A DNA stretch of 64,000 bases from Tubiluchus corallicola (Eukaryota > Animalia > Priapulida), in assembly GCA_030141605.1 (NCBI GenBank), contig JAQGDQ010000373.1, positions 164,636 to 228,635 of the forward strand, written 5' to 3'. A model generated the notes under the pieces. The model did no database searches. It was not told the DNA's origin and was given only the letters and a program-made list of their open reading frames with translations. This document shows, one piece after another, positions 52,300-64,000 of the stretch. How positions within the stretch are numbered: the stretch's first letter is position 1; every line of letters begins with the position of its first letter. The position numbers and the translations under genes were made by a program.

Positions 52300-54010
52300 A
52301 ATAAAATTATTGATAAAACTCTTGTTATAACTACATCAAATTTACTTGTGATATTAAAAATAACGGTTCTTTATTTTTTAGATATACTGTTTCGTCGTGA
52401 TCAGGAGGATAGTATCCTTTCATCTGTTTTTAGAAAGAACACGTTTATTGGTCTATTTTGCTGATTTTTAATCCTTTCTTTTATAAACAGTTCAAATGTA
52501 ATCTTATTCAAACTCTAGTACTTAGAGCATTTTCTATTTCATTAATCTATCACAAATTTCATGAAGAAATCAGTACTACAAAAAGTTTTCCAGTTTCTAA
52601 CAGGTTTCAACGTGATTAATTGACTTAACCATCAAAAAATGTCTTGATAAAGTTTTTTCCCAAAAAACGGCCATATAGCATGTGTGGAAATTGTAACTGT
52701 ATATTTTTAGGTGCTGTCATCTATTAACTAATCATTTTACATTTTACTAGCTAAACTCAACCCTAGTATAATTGTACGGTCATATTCACTGGATCTCTCC
52801 CTATTTTACAGTAATGGTTTTTGTGAAGTCAAGTTTGCATAATTACCTATACCTATATATACTGACTGGATTTACTTTCTAGTCACTGTCTAACTCACAC
52901 TCTCAGTGCAGTGCACCAGTCGTGATACTTATGTTACTTACTGTCTAACTCTCAGTTCTCAGTGTTCAGTGTAGCAGTCATTCTACATATGCGTATGTAG
53001 TCTACTAAACGCCTTTCAGTTTTGTGCAAATATGTAGTATAGTTGTTCATTCTTTTTCTACAAAGTGGTTCATCTACAACCTCAAACATGACTTTCACAG
53101 CCTGTTTCCAAAAATAGTGTGCTTACCCATACACTATTTTTTGGAAACAGCCTGTATGGCGGTGTTTTGGAAAAAACTTTATCAAGATATTTTCTGATGG
53201 TTAAGTCAATTAACCGCATGGTTTATTGGGCCTCACTCCTTACAAGTGAAAAACAAAATCAGTCATATTGTGAAACAACTGTACTTCCATATCCAGCTAC
53301 ATATTGTGTTAAAATCTGGCAGTAATTTAGGCTATTTCTTCCCATTTAAAGACAAAATGCCCCTACTCTTACAGTTTGGTATTATTTATTGATTTCAATG
53401 CAGCAGCTGCAACCTGCTTACCATTGGCAAAACACCCAGACATTTTAGAGTAAGAATCTGCGAACATTTGGGTATTTCGTCTAGAAGAAATTAAAAAATT
53501 CTCCTCAATCCAGCAATAATGGCCACATTTGTGTCTCTGGCTACAAAGCTGATTTTAATCATTTCAGCATTGTGACCAGAGCTACAAATAATTGGGACTT
53601 ATTAATAAAAGAAAGTTTATCTATGTACCCTAATAAGCCTTCTTCTTTAATGTATAAAGCAGTTCAATTCTTTTAACATTATTTTCAGACACTTTGAAAC
53701 ACTTTTTATTACCGTATCAATTTCTTTCATTCAGGTCTGCTTAATCACTACCTATTTGGCTTTTGTAAAAACATAATTATTGCATAAGTTCTGTATCAAT
53801 TCCTTTACTGGTCTGTTTATTCATTACCTGTTTTGCTTCTGTTAACTACATAATTACTTCATAACATGCTCTGCCTATGTAAACTGGTTGTAAACTGTAA
53901 ATTTACGACTGATAATGTCAGCAGCAGCTTGTCGAAACGTTTGGCATGATTTTAACTTTTAACTTTTTAATGTAAGAGTTTTTAATAAAGTTGTGTTGTT
54001 TTTAACTATA
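52300..54010 (+). mobile_element. Decayed, rearranged Penelope-like retroelement (RT C-terminus, GIY-YIG endonuclease, terminal region)
   Basis: KCNLIQTLVLRAFSIS...FHEEI (~52495-52570); FIGPHSLQVK...FFPFKDKMP; FQCSSCNLLTIGKTPRHFRVRICEHLGIS (~53393-53480); DLLIKESL; terminal CTGATAA...GTCGAAACGTT (53909-53941); stops and frameshifts present. Confidence 0.85.
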
Positions 54011-54084
54011 AATAGATCCAATCCAATAATTAGAGTAAACCCAGACGATGAAAAGGTCTACCCACAAACCACGACAAACGAACT

Positions 54085-54420
54085 GCATTACTTCGTTACA
54101 TAATGCCAGATTTATGTTACATAATGATTGTTACATTATGACGCAAAATGTTAAATAGTGATTATTACATATTAGCATATATTAAATGTTACATAATACA
54201 TACATTATGTAATACATACATAATACTAATTATCATTGTTACATTATGAAACAAAATGTTAAATAGTGATTATTACATATTAGCATATATTAAATGTTAC
54301 ATAATACATACGAATTTTTGATTTATTACATAAAGCAGCATTCTCGTCACACAGTGTTGCATTGTTCCACAATGAGCCTTTTGTTACATAATGAACTTTA
54401 ACATTATATCCAAGTGTTAC
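54085..54420. repeat. TTACATAAT/TTACATTAT-rich repeat with an internal duplication
   Basis: Recurrent GTTACATWAT; ~54127-54200 repeated at ~54235-54310. Confidence 0.65.
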
Positions 54421-54699
54421 GATCATAGCCCTAAAACTGGCATATAGTGTAATGTCATAGGAAAGTGTTTACAAGTCGAATCTTACAAGTATTTAAACAA
54501 CTCAAAATAAAATACTTAAGATAATACATTCGATACCGTATGATCGTCTATCAAACATCAAAAACAGTCAAAACTAGCTTGCAAGGTTTACGAGCTATTA
54601 AACGTTATAAAGAAGATTAAAGATAAATAACTCAATGAAAAACAGTAAGATTTTGCTGTATCAAAGTCTTAATAAAAGAACTTCGTGACAGTCACTCCT

Positions 54700-55270
54700 T
54701 GTTATTTATATATCGATTTTGCCATTGTTAAATTACCGCCTGCATTTCAATCATATTTCCTACCAATCAGTGAAATTCATAGTTATAATACAAGATATGC
54801 AGGTAATATCTACTACATGCTGCCCCCATAGAACTAATGTTTTTAGGAAAACAACGACTTTTAATGCTATAAAGCTGTGGAATGAAACACCTTTCAATAT
54901 TAATGAATTTAATTTAAACTATTCTCAAAATATTCATGATCTAGTATAAAATGTTTATTAATAAATATCTATGTGTAACTATTATTTGCTGTATTTGTTC
55001 AAACATTGTTATTTGATGCTTATTGTTTCTTAAAACAGTTGTTCATGCATAAGATACTAGTCCAAATCTAGTATGTAATGAAATTGTTCAACCTGCTCAA
55101 ACTACTGGGCAATAATTGCTGTGGGGAACAACTAGATAGCTTACTCCTTCGTCCGTCTCACAATGTTATCCAATTTATCTTTAAAGTGAGACCATTTTTG
55201 TTTATAGTAAAGGAAAGCTGTGTTAAATGGTGATTTTGATTAAATTGGTGATTGAATTATTAAATAATGA
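54700..55270 (+). mobile_element. Old LINE 3' remnant
   Basis: LPPAF..YF...SEIHSYNTR and RTNVFRKTTTFNAIKLWNETP resemble the L2/CR1-group ORF2 end. Confidence 0.55.
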
Positions 55271-56138
55271 TTCAAGATTAAATGCTTGACGATGCAAGAT
55301 TAAACTATCGTCGTGGATAGAAGCCTAGTTAGGTGTGGCATCACGTGACCAGCTGATGACCACTCAGATGTAAAGATTGATGATTTAATCCTTATGCGTA
55401 GAAGCTCACGGCGCATTAGGTAGTTAGACAAAAGTGTTGAGGCACCTCGAGAAAGATTAGGAACTGACTTGAAGACGGAGGGCTGGCATTACTATCCTCT
55501 TATATTTACCGTGTTGTGTTTGATATTTAATAAATGTGTAGTTTATTAAATAAAGTCTTGATAGTTTGCCATGCCCATCGTGGCTGCCTCACACGCCACG
55601 CAATAAACAACAATAATCAGCAAGCAGCATTAACCACAGGAATAAATAAACGTTAATCAAATTATTTTATTTTTGTATTTTATTGTTGTTATGCGTTGCG
55701 AAGTAAACATTCTTATCTCATCTTTTCAAATCAAAACTGATTTTTCTTCATTGAGGAGCGAAAATTAAATTCTACATAAGCTTCCGTATCGTTTTACGTG
55801 TTTACATACTACAACTTGTATAACGTTGACAGTGTGTTTATTTTACGAAACTTAACATGTTAGGAGGAAATAGTAACGGAAGACTGCTTCTCCCCAACAT
55901 CCTGAAAACACTGTATCAATTCCGATTATCCTGAGGGAACAGTTGCAGACGGTGACCAACGTTGGTGGATTCAGGGTTTAACACTAAAACGCTGACTCAT
56001 TTTCGAGGTATTTCCATTTTCAGCACGATCACAGTGGCAGCGTCGACAAATTTCGCGAAAATTAATGAATCAATTGAATCGTCTACGTTTCCATTTTGAA
56101 TCTTACTCATTGCTGAAGTTCTGAGAAGGGTCAGCTAC

Positions 56139-56874
56139 GCAACCACAATTTGACAAGGGTTGAGCACTTGCTACCCGATATTCAGCACCGTTAGCATACA
56201 GTAGTGAAGAACATTTTGAGCTCAAGGGTGCGCAACCACAAGTTGACAAAAGTCGAGCACTTGCTACCCGATATTCCGCACCGTTAGCATACAGTAGTGA
56301 AGAACATTTTGAGCTCAAGGGTGCGCAACCACAAGTTGACAAAAGTCGAGCACTTGCTACGCGATATTCAGCACCGTTAGCATACAGTAGTGAAGAACAT
56401 TTTGAGCTCAAGGGTGCGCAACCACAAGTTGACAAAAGTCGAGCACTTGCTACCCGATATTCAGCACCGTTAGCATACAGTAGTCAAGAACATTTTGAGC
56501 TCAAGGGTGCGCAACCACAAGTTGACAAAAGTTGAGCACTTGCTACGCGATATTCAGCACCGTTAGCATACAGTAGTCAAGAACATTTTGAGCTCAAGGG
56601 TGCGCAACCACAAGTTGACAAAAGTCGAGCACTTGCTACCCGATATTCAGCACCGTTAGCATACAGTAGTGAAAAACATTTTGAGCTCAAGGGTGCGCAA
56701 CCACAAGTTGACAAAAGTCGAGCACTTGCTACCCGATATTCAGCACCGTTAGCATACAGTAGTGAAGAACATTTTGAGCTCAAGGGTGCGCAACCACAAG
56801 TTGACAAAAGTCGAGCACTTGCTACCCGATATTCAGCACCGTTAGCATACAGTAGTGAAGAACATTTTGAGCTC
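56139..56874. repeat. 93-bp minisatellite, ~8 near-identical copies
   Basis: GCAACCACAAGTTGACAAAAGTCGAGCACTTGCTACCCGATATTCAGCACCGTTAGC...GAGCTCAAGGGTGC repeated. Confidence 0.96.
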
Positions 56875-57138
56875 ATTGCTGTGGAAAAAAAGATCTAGTC
56901 CATTCCCACATAACATCAGAAGGAAACTAGGTGAAGGAAAGGCACGGAAGTGGTGTGACTGAGTCAACCATTAAGGAAAAACTATTTCTACTGGTTATTA
57001 ACAACCTCTGCAAGTGCAACAAGTCGGACGGCCGATAAGAGCAAACTTTTTTGGCTTGGTTATTGACCGTCTGCTACAAAATGGTTGAGAAGCGGTAAAG
57101 GTATCCATATACCTAACGATAAAGATATCCATATCGCC

Positions 57139-57402
57139 GAAGTGAATAAACTCGAGGAAAGTTAGAGGTGGGGTGACCGGTACGGGATCAGTATTGGTGT
57201 GGAGCACAGTCGTATGCAGATTCATCCATACCGCTGAAGTGAATAAACTCGAGGAAAGCTAGAGGTGGGGTGACCGGTACTGGATCAGTATTGGTGTGGA
57301 GCACAGTCGTTTACACATTCATCCATACCGCTGAAGTAAGTAAACTCGAGGAAAGCTAGAGGTGGATCAGTGATTGGTGCAGGGTACTATCGTTTACAGA
57401 TT
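57139..57402. repeat. 97-bp tandem repeat (~2.7 copies) immediately upstream of the GPCR ATG
   Basis: GAAGTRARTAAACTCGAGGAAAG at 57139, 57236 and 57333. Confidence 0.9.
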
Positions 57403-57432
57403 TGTGATTAATTGAAAAAGGACGTACGGGAT

Positions 57433-58566
57433 ATGATAATGGATAACAGTACTGCCATGAATAACAATACTACCATGTATAATGATTCTGCCATGTATAA
57501 CAGTACTACCGATACTACGTCACCTCCACCCATTGCATATCCTGTTGGCTTATCGGGATTTGCAGCCGCCATGGCCATTCTCTTCGTGGTTTTGGGAATT
57601 TTTGGTAACGGCATCACGGTGGCAGCACTGGTCCTGCAGAAGAAGATACGTCGACACGCGACGACAAAGTTCATCATCAGTCTGGCGATCACCGATTTTA
57701 TCTACTGCGCTTTTAATCTGCCGTTTACTGCATCGAGATACATCAACATGGACTGGATCCACGGCGACGCATTGTGCCAAATTTATCCGTTTCTGTTCTA
57801 CGGCAACGTTGCCGTGTCCATTCTAAACTTGCTGATGATAACCATAAATCGATACATCCTCATCTGCCATACCAGTATCTACGAGAAGGTATATAAGCAA
57901 CCGTACCTTGGAATACTGATCGCCGTCTGCTGGATATTAGCTTTGATCATCCTACTGCCGCCATTGTTGGGCGTGTGGGGCATGATGGGATTGAATCCGC
58001 AGACATTTTCCTGTACCATTTTGGAGGATGCCAGCGGAAGCTCTCCAAAGAAGTTCATCTTCGTGTTTGGCATAGGCGTCCCGATGATCACCATCGTCGT
58101 CTGCTACATCCTCATCTGGTGGCAATTCCGGAAGTCGTCACAGTCGGTGCAGAGTCACGACGCAACAATGCATTCTGGGAAGAAAGGTCAACAATCACAC
58201 GAGGAGCGCAAGCTGACCAAGATGATGGTGATCATATTCAGCTCTTTTACGCTCTGCTTCATACCACTCATGTTGACCAACGTCCTTCTTGACGATGACC
58301 AGCTGCCTTCACTACACATAATTGCCTCCATTCTTGCTTGGGCCAGTGCTATCATAAATCCGTTCATTTATGCCTACATGAACAAGAAATATCGGCGCGC
58401 GTACCAAGAGCTGTTCAGTTGTTTTCGTTGCTGCCGCCAGATGGCGTCGGGAAGTCACGCCGTGTCATCCAGTGGCAGTGCAACTCGAATGACTGACACC
58501 CAGGTGTCGCGGCAGGCGTCTGTTGAGAGCACTAGTAGAAAAAAAGTGAGCAGACAGGTGTCGTAG
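57433..58566 (+). CDS. Tre1: Intronless rhodopsin-class GPCR, Tre1 (trapped in endoderm 1)/Moody/GPR84-like
   Basis: Seven hydrophobic segments; GN (TM1), SLAITD (TM2), FYGNVAVS...TINRYILI (NRY variant), LPPLLGVWG.MG....TFSCTIL, CFIP (TM6), INPFIYA (TM7); closely resembles Drosophila Tre1 as recalled, orthology not tested. First ATG 57433; 57439 has the better context. Confidence 0.9.
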   Translation: MIMDNSTAMNNNTTMYNDSAMYNSTTDTTSPPPIAYPVGLSGFAAAMAILFVVLGIFGNGITVAALVLQKKIRRHATTKFIISLAITDFIYCAFNLPFTASRYINMDWIHGDALCQIYPFLFYGNVAVSILNLLMITINRYILICHTSIYEKVYKQPYLGILIAVCWILALIILLPPLLGVWGMMGLNPQTFSCTILEDASGSSPKKFIFVFGIGVPMITIVVCYILIWWQFRKSSQSVQSHDATMHSGKKGQQSHEERKLTKMMVIIFSSFTLCFIPLMLTNVLLDDDQLPSLHIIASILAWASAIINPFIYAYMNKKYRRAYQELFSCFRCCRQMASGSHAVSSSGSATRMTDTQVSRQASVESTSRKKVSRQVS

Positions 58567-59034
58567 GTATTTAGCAAGGTTTCATTAAAGGCAAACTAGA
58601 ATGTTTGCCGGTCTAAACACACACAAATGGGAAATAAATCACCCTAGATGTACACCTGTAAAAATCATAATATATTCTTGTCACTAATATTAATTTCCAC
58701 TAATTTTAGATTAATTGTTAAATATATTTACGTATCTTTGTCTAAAGCTTGGAAAAAACATTATACATGTAGTTATGTAAAGTTGTATAGGACTATAGTA
58801 TAGAATGTGTAAAAAATATTCAATCTAGGCTTAAGATACATAGTTAAAACATTTTTAACTTCATAATGTTATTTATTTATGAGACTAAGCCAATGAATCT
58901 GTACTGGTACGGCAATTATTCAAAATAAAAAGTATATTTTGTATATTTTTGTAAACTATTTCAACTTGAACTCTCACAATTTAATAAACAACGTCACTTA
59001 CATATTTTAATATTTAAACAGTGACAAATTTTAA

Positions 59035-59386
59035 AGGAAAACGGGACGATTTTTCAAATCACCCTAAAACTAGGCATGTTTTAAGATAAAAATTCAAATT
59101 TGAAATTTACCGCTGTGCTCACGCATGGGCTGTTGAACGTGTGTAGTTCGTCACAAACTAACGCATCTGAACTGAGAGGTACAGCACTTGTCTTTTGTGC
59201 AAAGCGTTTCCGAAATGCTGGCGCTAGTGCCCGTCTTTGAACTAGTGAATGGCGAAATGCACGTAACAGCGAAGAACTAGTGGCGCGAACGTGAAATTGT
59301 GTTTGTATGGTAATAATTCTTTCACGTGGGTCATTTTTGAAAAAAATAGTATGTTTCCTTTCAACAGTATTGGGTCCGGTTTTGCT
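59035..59386 (-). mobile_element. Internally deleted family B MITE with both ends
   Basis: TTAA|AGGAAAACGGGACG ... GGTCCGGTTTTGCT|TTAA. Confidence 0.85.
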
Positions 59387-60634
59387 TTAAATCGAAAAAA
59401 TGCACCCATTGATTGCACACCAGGTTAACCTTATATAATATTAATGATGTGCTGCAGTTTTGTAGTATATTTACACAAATCAATACTTTTCTCGGTTTTG
59501 CGGTGAACCAAAAAACCAGAAAATGAGCACCAATTGTGATATTCTTTTTCAAGGATATAAGCCGTTTTCCAGTAAAGAGACCAACAATAACACATGCTGC
59601 AGCGCATTTTTTGCACACACTGTCGGATAATGTTGTCACAGGACGAAGTGGATAACCACATCGCTATGACCAAATATTTGTATGCATTTCGTTCTGGATT
59701 CGCTTGATCGAAAGTAATCGTTCAAGTTATAGTTTGTGTTTTGTCTTTTCCTAATAATTTGCTAAACAAGCTTACGGTTTTTCTATTTGTTAAAACATAA
59801 CACAAACATCTTTGCGTAATATACCATAATGGTGGTTGTGTGCTAATAGCACGTGTGCCGCCATCTACTGCATAATTATTAAATTGCTAGCTTACAGTTT
59901 TCTATTTGATAACACATAACACAGATATCTTTGCATAATGTACATAATGGCACGTGTGCCGCCCTCTACTGCATAATTATTGTATAGCTAGAAGATACCG
60001 TACCTTCAGTGTTTTGTGTTCAATTTCTACCTTAGTTTCTTTTTTGTATAAATTTTGTTTTCATGAAAACAGTGCAGAAAGAAAAGTCACAAAACTGCGC
60101 CCTCTTACTAAATCAATTTCCTTTTTCTGATCATTTTACGCCACTTACAGAAGTACATTCTCACTATACTAGGGCTGCTAGTGGTGACTGTTTTTTGTAG
60201 AGAGATTCCAAACCAGGTGCGGATGTAATAGTGTTAAAGAAAAGGGAGTTAAATTGTGGATCTCTCTACAAGAAACATCATTACCGGCCCTATAAATACC
60301 ATCACCAAAAATTACAAAAAATCGTTACTAGACAGATATGTATCAACATAGAGTAATTTTTTTCTTTTACATTACTACTCAATATTATTCAGTAAAAATT
60401 GTGAATCTAATATTCCATGTAACTTCGTTTAATATGAGAAATCTTCTTAAATTACGGCATTGTGATTAATTTCATCATCATTTATTTTACCACTGTTTGT
60501 TTATTCTTTTTTTCAACTATGCTATTGTTGTTATGTTTGCTTTTATAATTCTGCTTATGTTTGCTTTATTTTGTTAGTTTATTTGCATCCTGAGTCATCA
60601 ATTCTTTTTCTGTCATCAACATTAAATTATAAGT

Positions 60635-60956
60635 CGTGAGTGAGTAGATGACCTACGGTCTTTCCTCACCCCATCTCCACAGACAAAGTTATTTTTTGTA
60701 AAACGAAAATTTGTGACACAAATTGGAGAAAAATAAAATGTCTATGTCTATGTCTATGTCTATGTCTATGTCTATGTCTATGTCTATGTCTATGTCTATG
60801 TCTATGTCTATGTCTATGTCTATGTCTATGTCTATGTCTATGTCTATGTCTATGTCTATGTCTATGTCTATGTCTATGTCTATGTCTATGTCTATGTCTA
60901 TGTCTATGTCTATGTCTATGTCTATGTCTATGTCTATGTCTATGTCTATGTCTATG
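60635..60956 (+). repeat. Retroelement-like 3' end followed by a perfect (TCTATG)n array
   Basis: GTGAG...CTCAC stem-loop, AATAAA at ~60732, then ~36 hexamer copies. Confidence 0.85.
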
Positions 60957-61122
60957 TTCTATTGATAATACAGGATGATTTTATTAGGGAATGAATGCAC
61001 GGAGGGCTCGGAGGTATAGGTAAAGCTCGTTTAATTTGTTGATCTTTTTGCTCCGAATTGCACTCTTTGATCCTCAATTAGGCAAAATTGTAGCAGTGAA
61101 TAGGCGTTTATGGAAACGTAAC

Positions 61123-61540
<418 letters not shown>

Positions 61541-61816
61541 GGTTGATAATGTAAACATTTGCCTTAAAAAAACCATGGGCCATTATAATGCAAGCACTAA
61601 ATATAGACAATCACATGTGCAGACCAGGCAGTAAGTACACCAAACTTCTTCAAGGCAATAAACAAATACCATCTACATTAAAATTACCCCACAATTTAAC
61701 TCTCTTTCCCATACTTTAGTGGTATAGCATTGTTTGCCTTGTAAGCATTGCATGTAATGTATTCTATGAAGTTAATTCGAAATAAAACACAAAATCAAAA
61801 ATCAAATCAAATCAAA

Positions 61817-62372
<556 letters not shown>

Positions 62373-62399
62373 GCGCTCTTTTTTTCTCTCTCTTTTCCT

Positions 62400-62730
62400 C
62401 TTCCTACTGCAGTAGTTTTTATTGTATGGCTACATTGCGCCATTACAATTTATACAATCTGAGAAAATTAAAAGTTGTCTATAACGTCACTATTAGAATT
62501 TTTTTAAAATATCCTTATGATACTAGTGCAAGAATCATTACAACAAATCTCAATACTAGATACTTCGATGTTATCAATAGAAAGTGCGTATTTAGTCTTT
62601 GTAATAGAGTTGCTATTAGCAATTGTAAATATTTATAACTGTTGTATGTAACTTTTGTCTTGAATGTATTTTTGTACCTATGAACCTAGAGTTTGCGATA
62701 AAGACTTAAATAAAATAAAATAAAATAAAA
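62400..62730 (+). mobile_element. Non-LTR retrotransposon 3' remnant with (TAAAA)n tail
   Basis: LRKLKVVYNVTIRIFLKYPYDTSA...FDVINRK...SLCNRV..SN resembles an RT-ORF C-terminus; tail at 62708-62730. Confidence 0.65.
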
Positions 62731-62939
62731 TCTCTCTCTCTCTTTATCTCGGCTGTGTAGGTGACGTCATGTAATGGCGCCGTCGGAACAGTATTGCGAG
62801 AGATTTAAAATGAAAACAAAAAAATCCTTTTGTACAATATACGCACAAAATTGCCGTAAAGTAATATAAAAAAATTTCAATGCGATTTTACTGAAACCTA
62901 CTTCATGTACCCGTTTTCTTGTCCTTCAATGGTAGTTAA

Positions 62940-63370
62940 CCCTTTCAGTCCCAAATTATTTTTTAATAAGAAAAAAATTTTTGGCTTGGTACTCTTGTTC
63001 AGTATGTCCATCTTGTTTACACATAATAATTATATTTTTATACCTGTGACCTCGTGCTAAATATAGCCTGTATCCCACGGGATACATTGGGATTTCAATG
63101 GAAGCTTAAAATGTGCTTCATATTGCAACTGCTGATAATTTTTTAAAGCATTTAAGACATTTAGTATGCACGCTATACTGATCTGTACAAAGTGCTACAT
63201 GCTATGTAGATTTTCTAGTTTGCCATTTTATCACCATTTTTAGTCTATTGTTATTGGCTTAAATCAAAATAACTATTAACAGATCAAATAACTGTCAGTT
63301 TTAAAATTTTATTAATTTTAAAGGCAGAAAATATTCTCGTATCCCACGGGATACAACGGGTATGAAAGGG
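62940..63370 (+). mobile_element. piggyBac-type MITE (family A, copy 3)
   Basis: TTAA|CCCTTTCAGT...TATGAAAGGG|TTAA. Confidence 0.9.
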
Positions 63371-63794
63371 TTAACCACTGAAGATAGTCACTGATTTGCC
63401 TGAAACGTTTTATAGCAAACTGGCCAGCAGAAAAAATATTAATAAATTATATGAATTGCTGTTATTAATTTACGTATCAATAATATAGTGGTACTTGAGA
63501 GTTTAATTAAATAATGTTAATAATTTGAGGTTAGGAATTTGATACAATTGTTGTTGTTTGGTTTAACAAGCTTCCACAGGAAATTAGGGGCACGTAGATC
63601 ATAAAACTCAAGTAACCATAACATTATTAATAGATGATTTTGCTGAGCTGGTTAATTTGAGTTGCATTCCATTCTCTCAGGCGTTGCCTAATTAGTTTTC
63701 ATAATTACTCATCAAGGTTTTGGTTTTGGATCGACTTACGGTATAACAAACGAAGTTATGATCTTATATAACAAATTGAAAGGGTGGGGTGTCC

Positions 63795-63796
63795 GT

Positions 63797-63864
<68 letters not shown>

Positions 63865-63968
63865 CTATGCCTATTATGTTACTATTTTTTCCTACTTCTC
63901 TTTCTCTCCCTCCCCCCCCCTCTCTCTCTCTCTCTTTCTCTCTCTCCGTCTCTCTTTCTCCCTCTCTG

Positions 63969-64000
<32 letters not shown>
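63795..64000. repeat. (GT)n and (CT)n microsatellites
   Basis: Directly visible. Confidence 0.95.

Noticed and set aside
57408-58292. Alternative-frame and antisense ORFs over the GPCR
   Set aside because: Shadows of a GC-richer coding sequence with no recognisable motifs.

Overview
AT-rich, repeat-dense genomic DNA from an invertebrate animal (spliceosomal introns, metazoan TE types; not prokaryotic). Two protein-coding genes are supported. (1) The 5' part of a WNK (With-No-lysine) kinase on the minus strand: first coding exon 44611-43529, a 39,451-bp phase-0 intron, then a 170-bp exon at 4077-3908; the gene continues past the left edge. (2) An intronless class A GPCR of the Tre1/Moody/GPR84 group on the plus strand (57433-58566). 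The rest is non-autonomous DNA transposons (piggyBac-type and Kolobok-type TTAA MITEs, hAT and pogo-type MITEs), 3' remnants of LINEs, Penelope-like retroelement remnants with degenerate minimal hammerhead-ribozyme cores, a 5S-derived SINE-like fragment, and many mini- and microsatellites. Most ORF-track entries are repeat artefacts. Best leads: an 18-bp 'ATG + N-glycosylation sequon' repeat at the GPCR N-terminus; a GC-rich candidate alternative exon with a promoter-like cluster inside the WNK intron; a splice-generated uORF candidate in the WNK leader; an inverted MITE+flank duplication that may mark an intronic inversion; recurrent RFX X-boxes; and hammerhead motifs. No wholly new system can be demonstrated from sequence alone. 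All TE family assignments come from termini, TSDs and motif recognition, not database searches.
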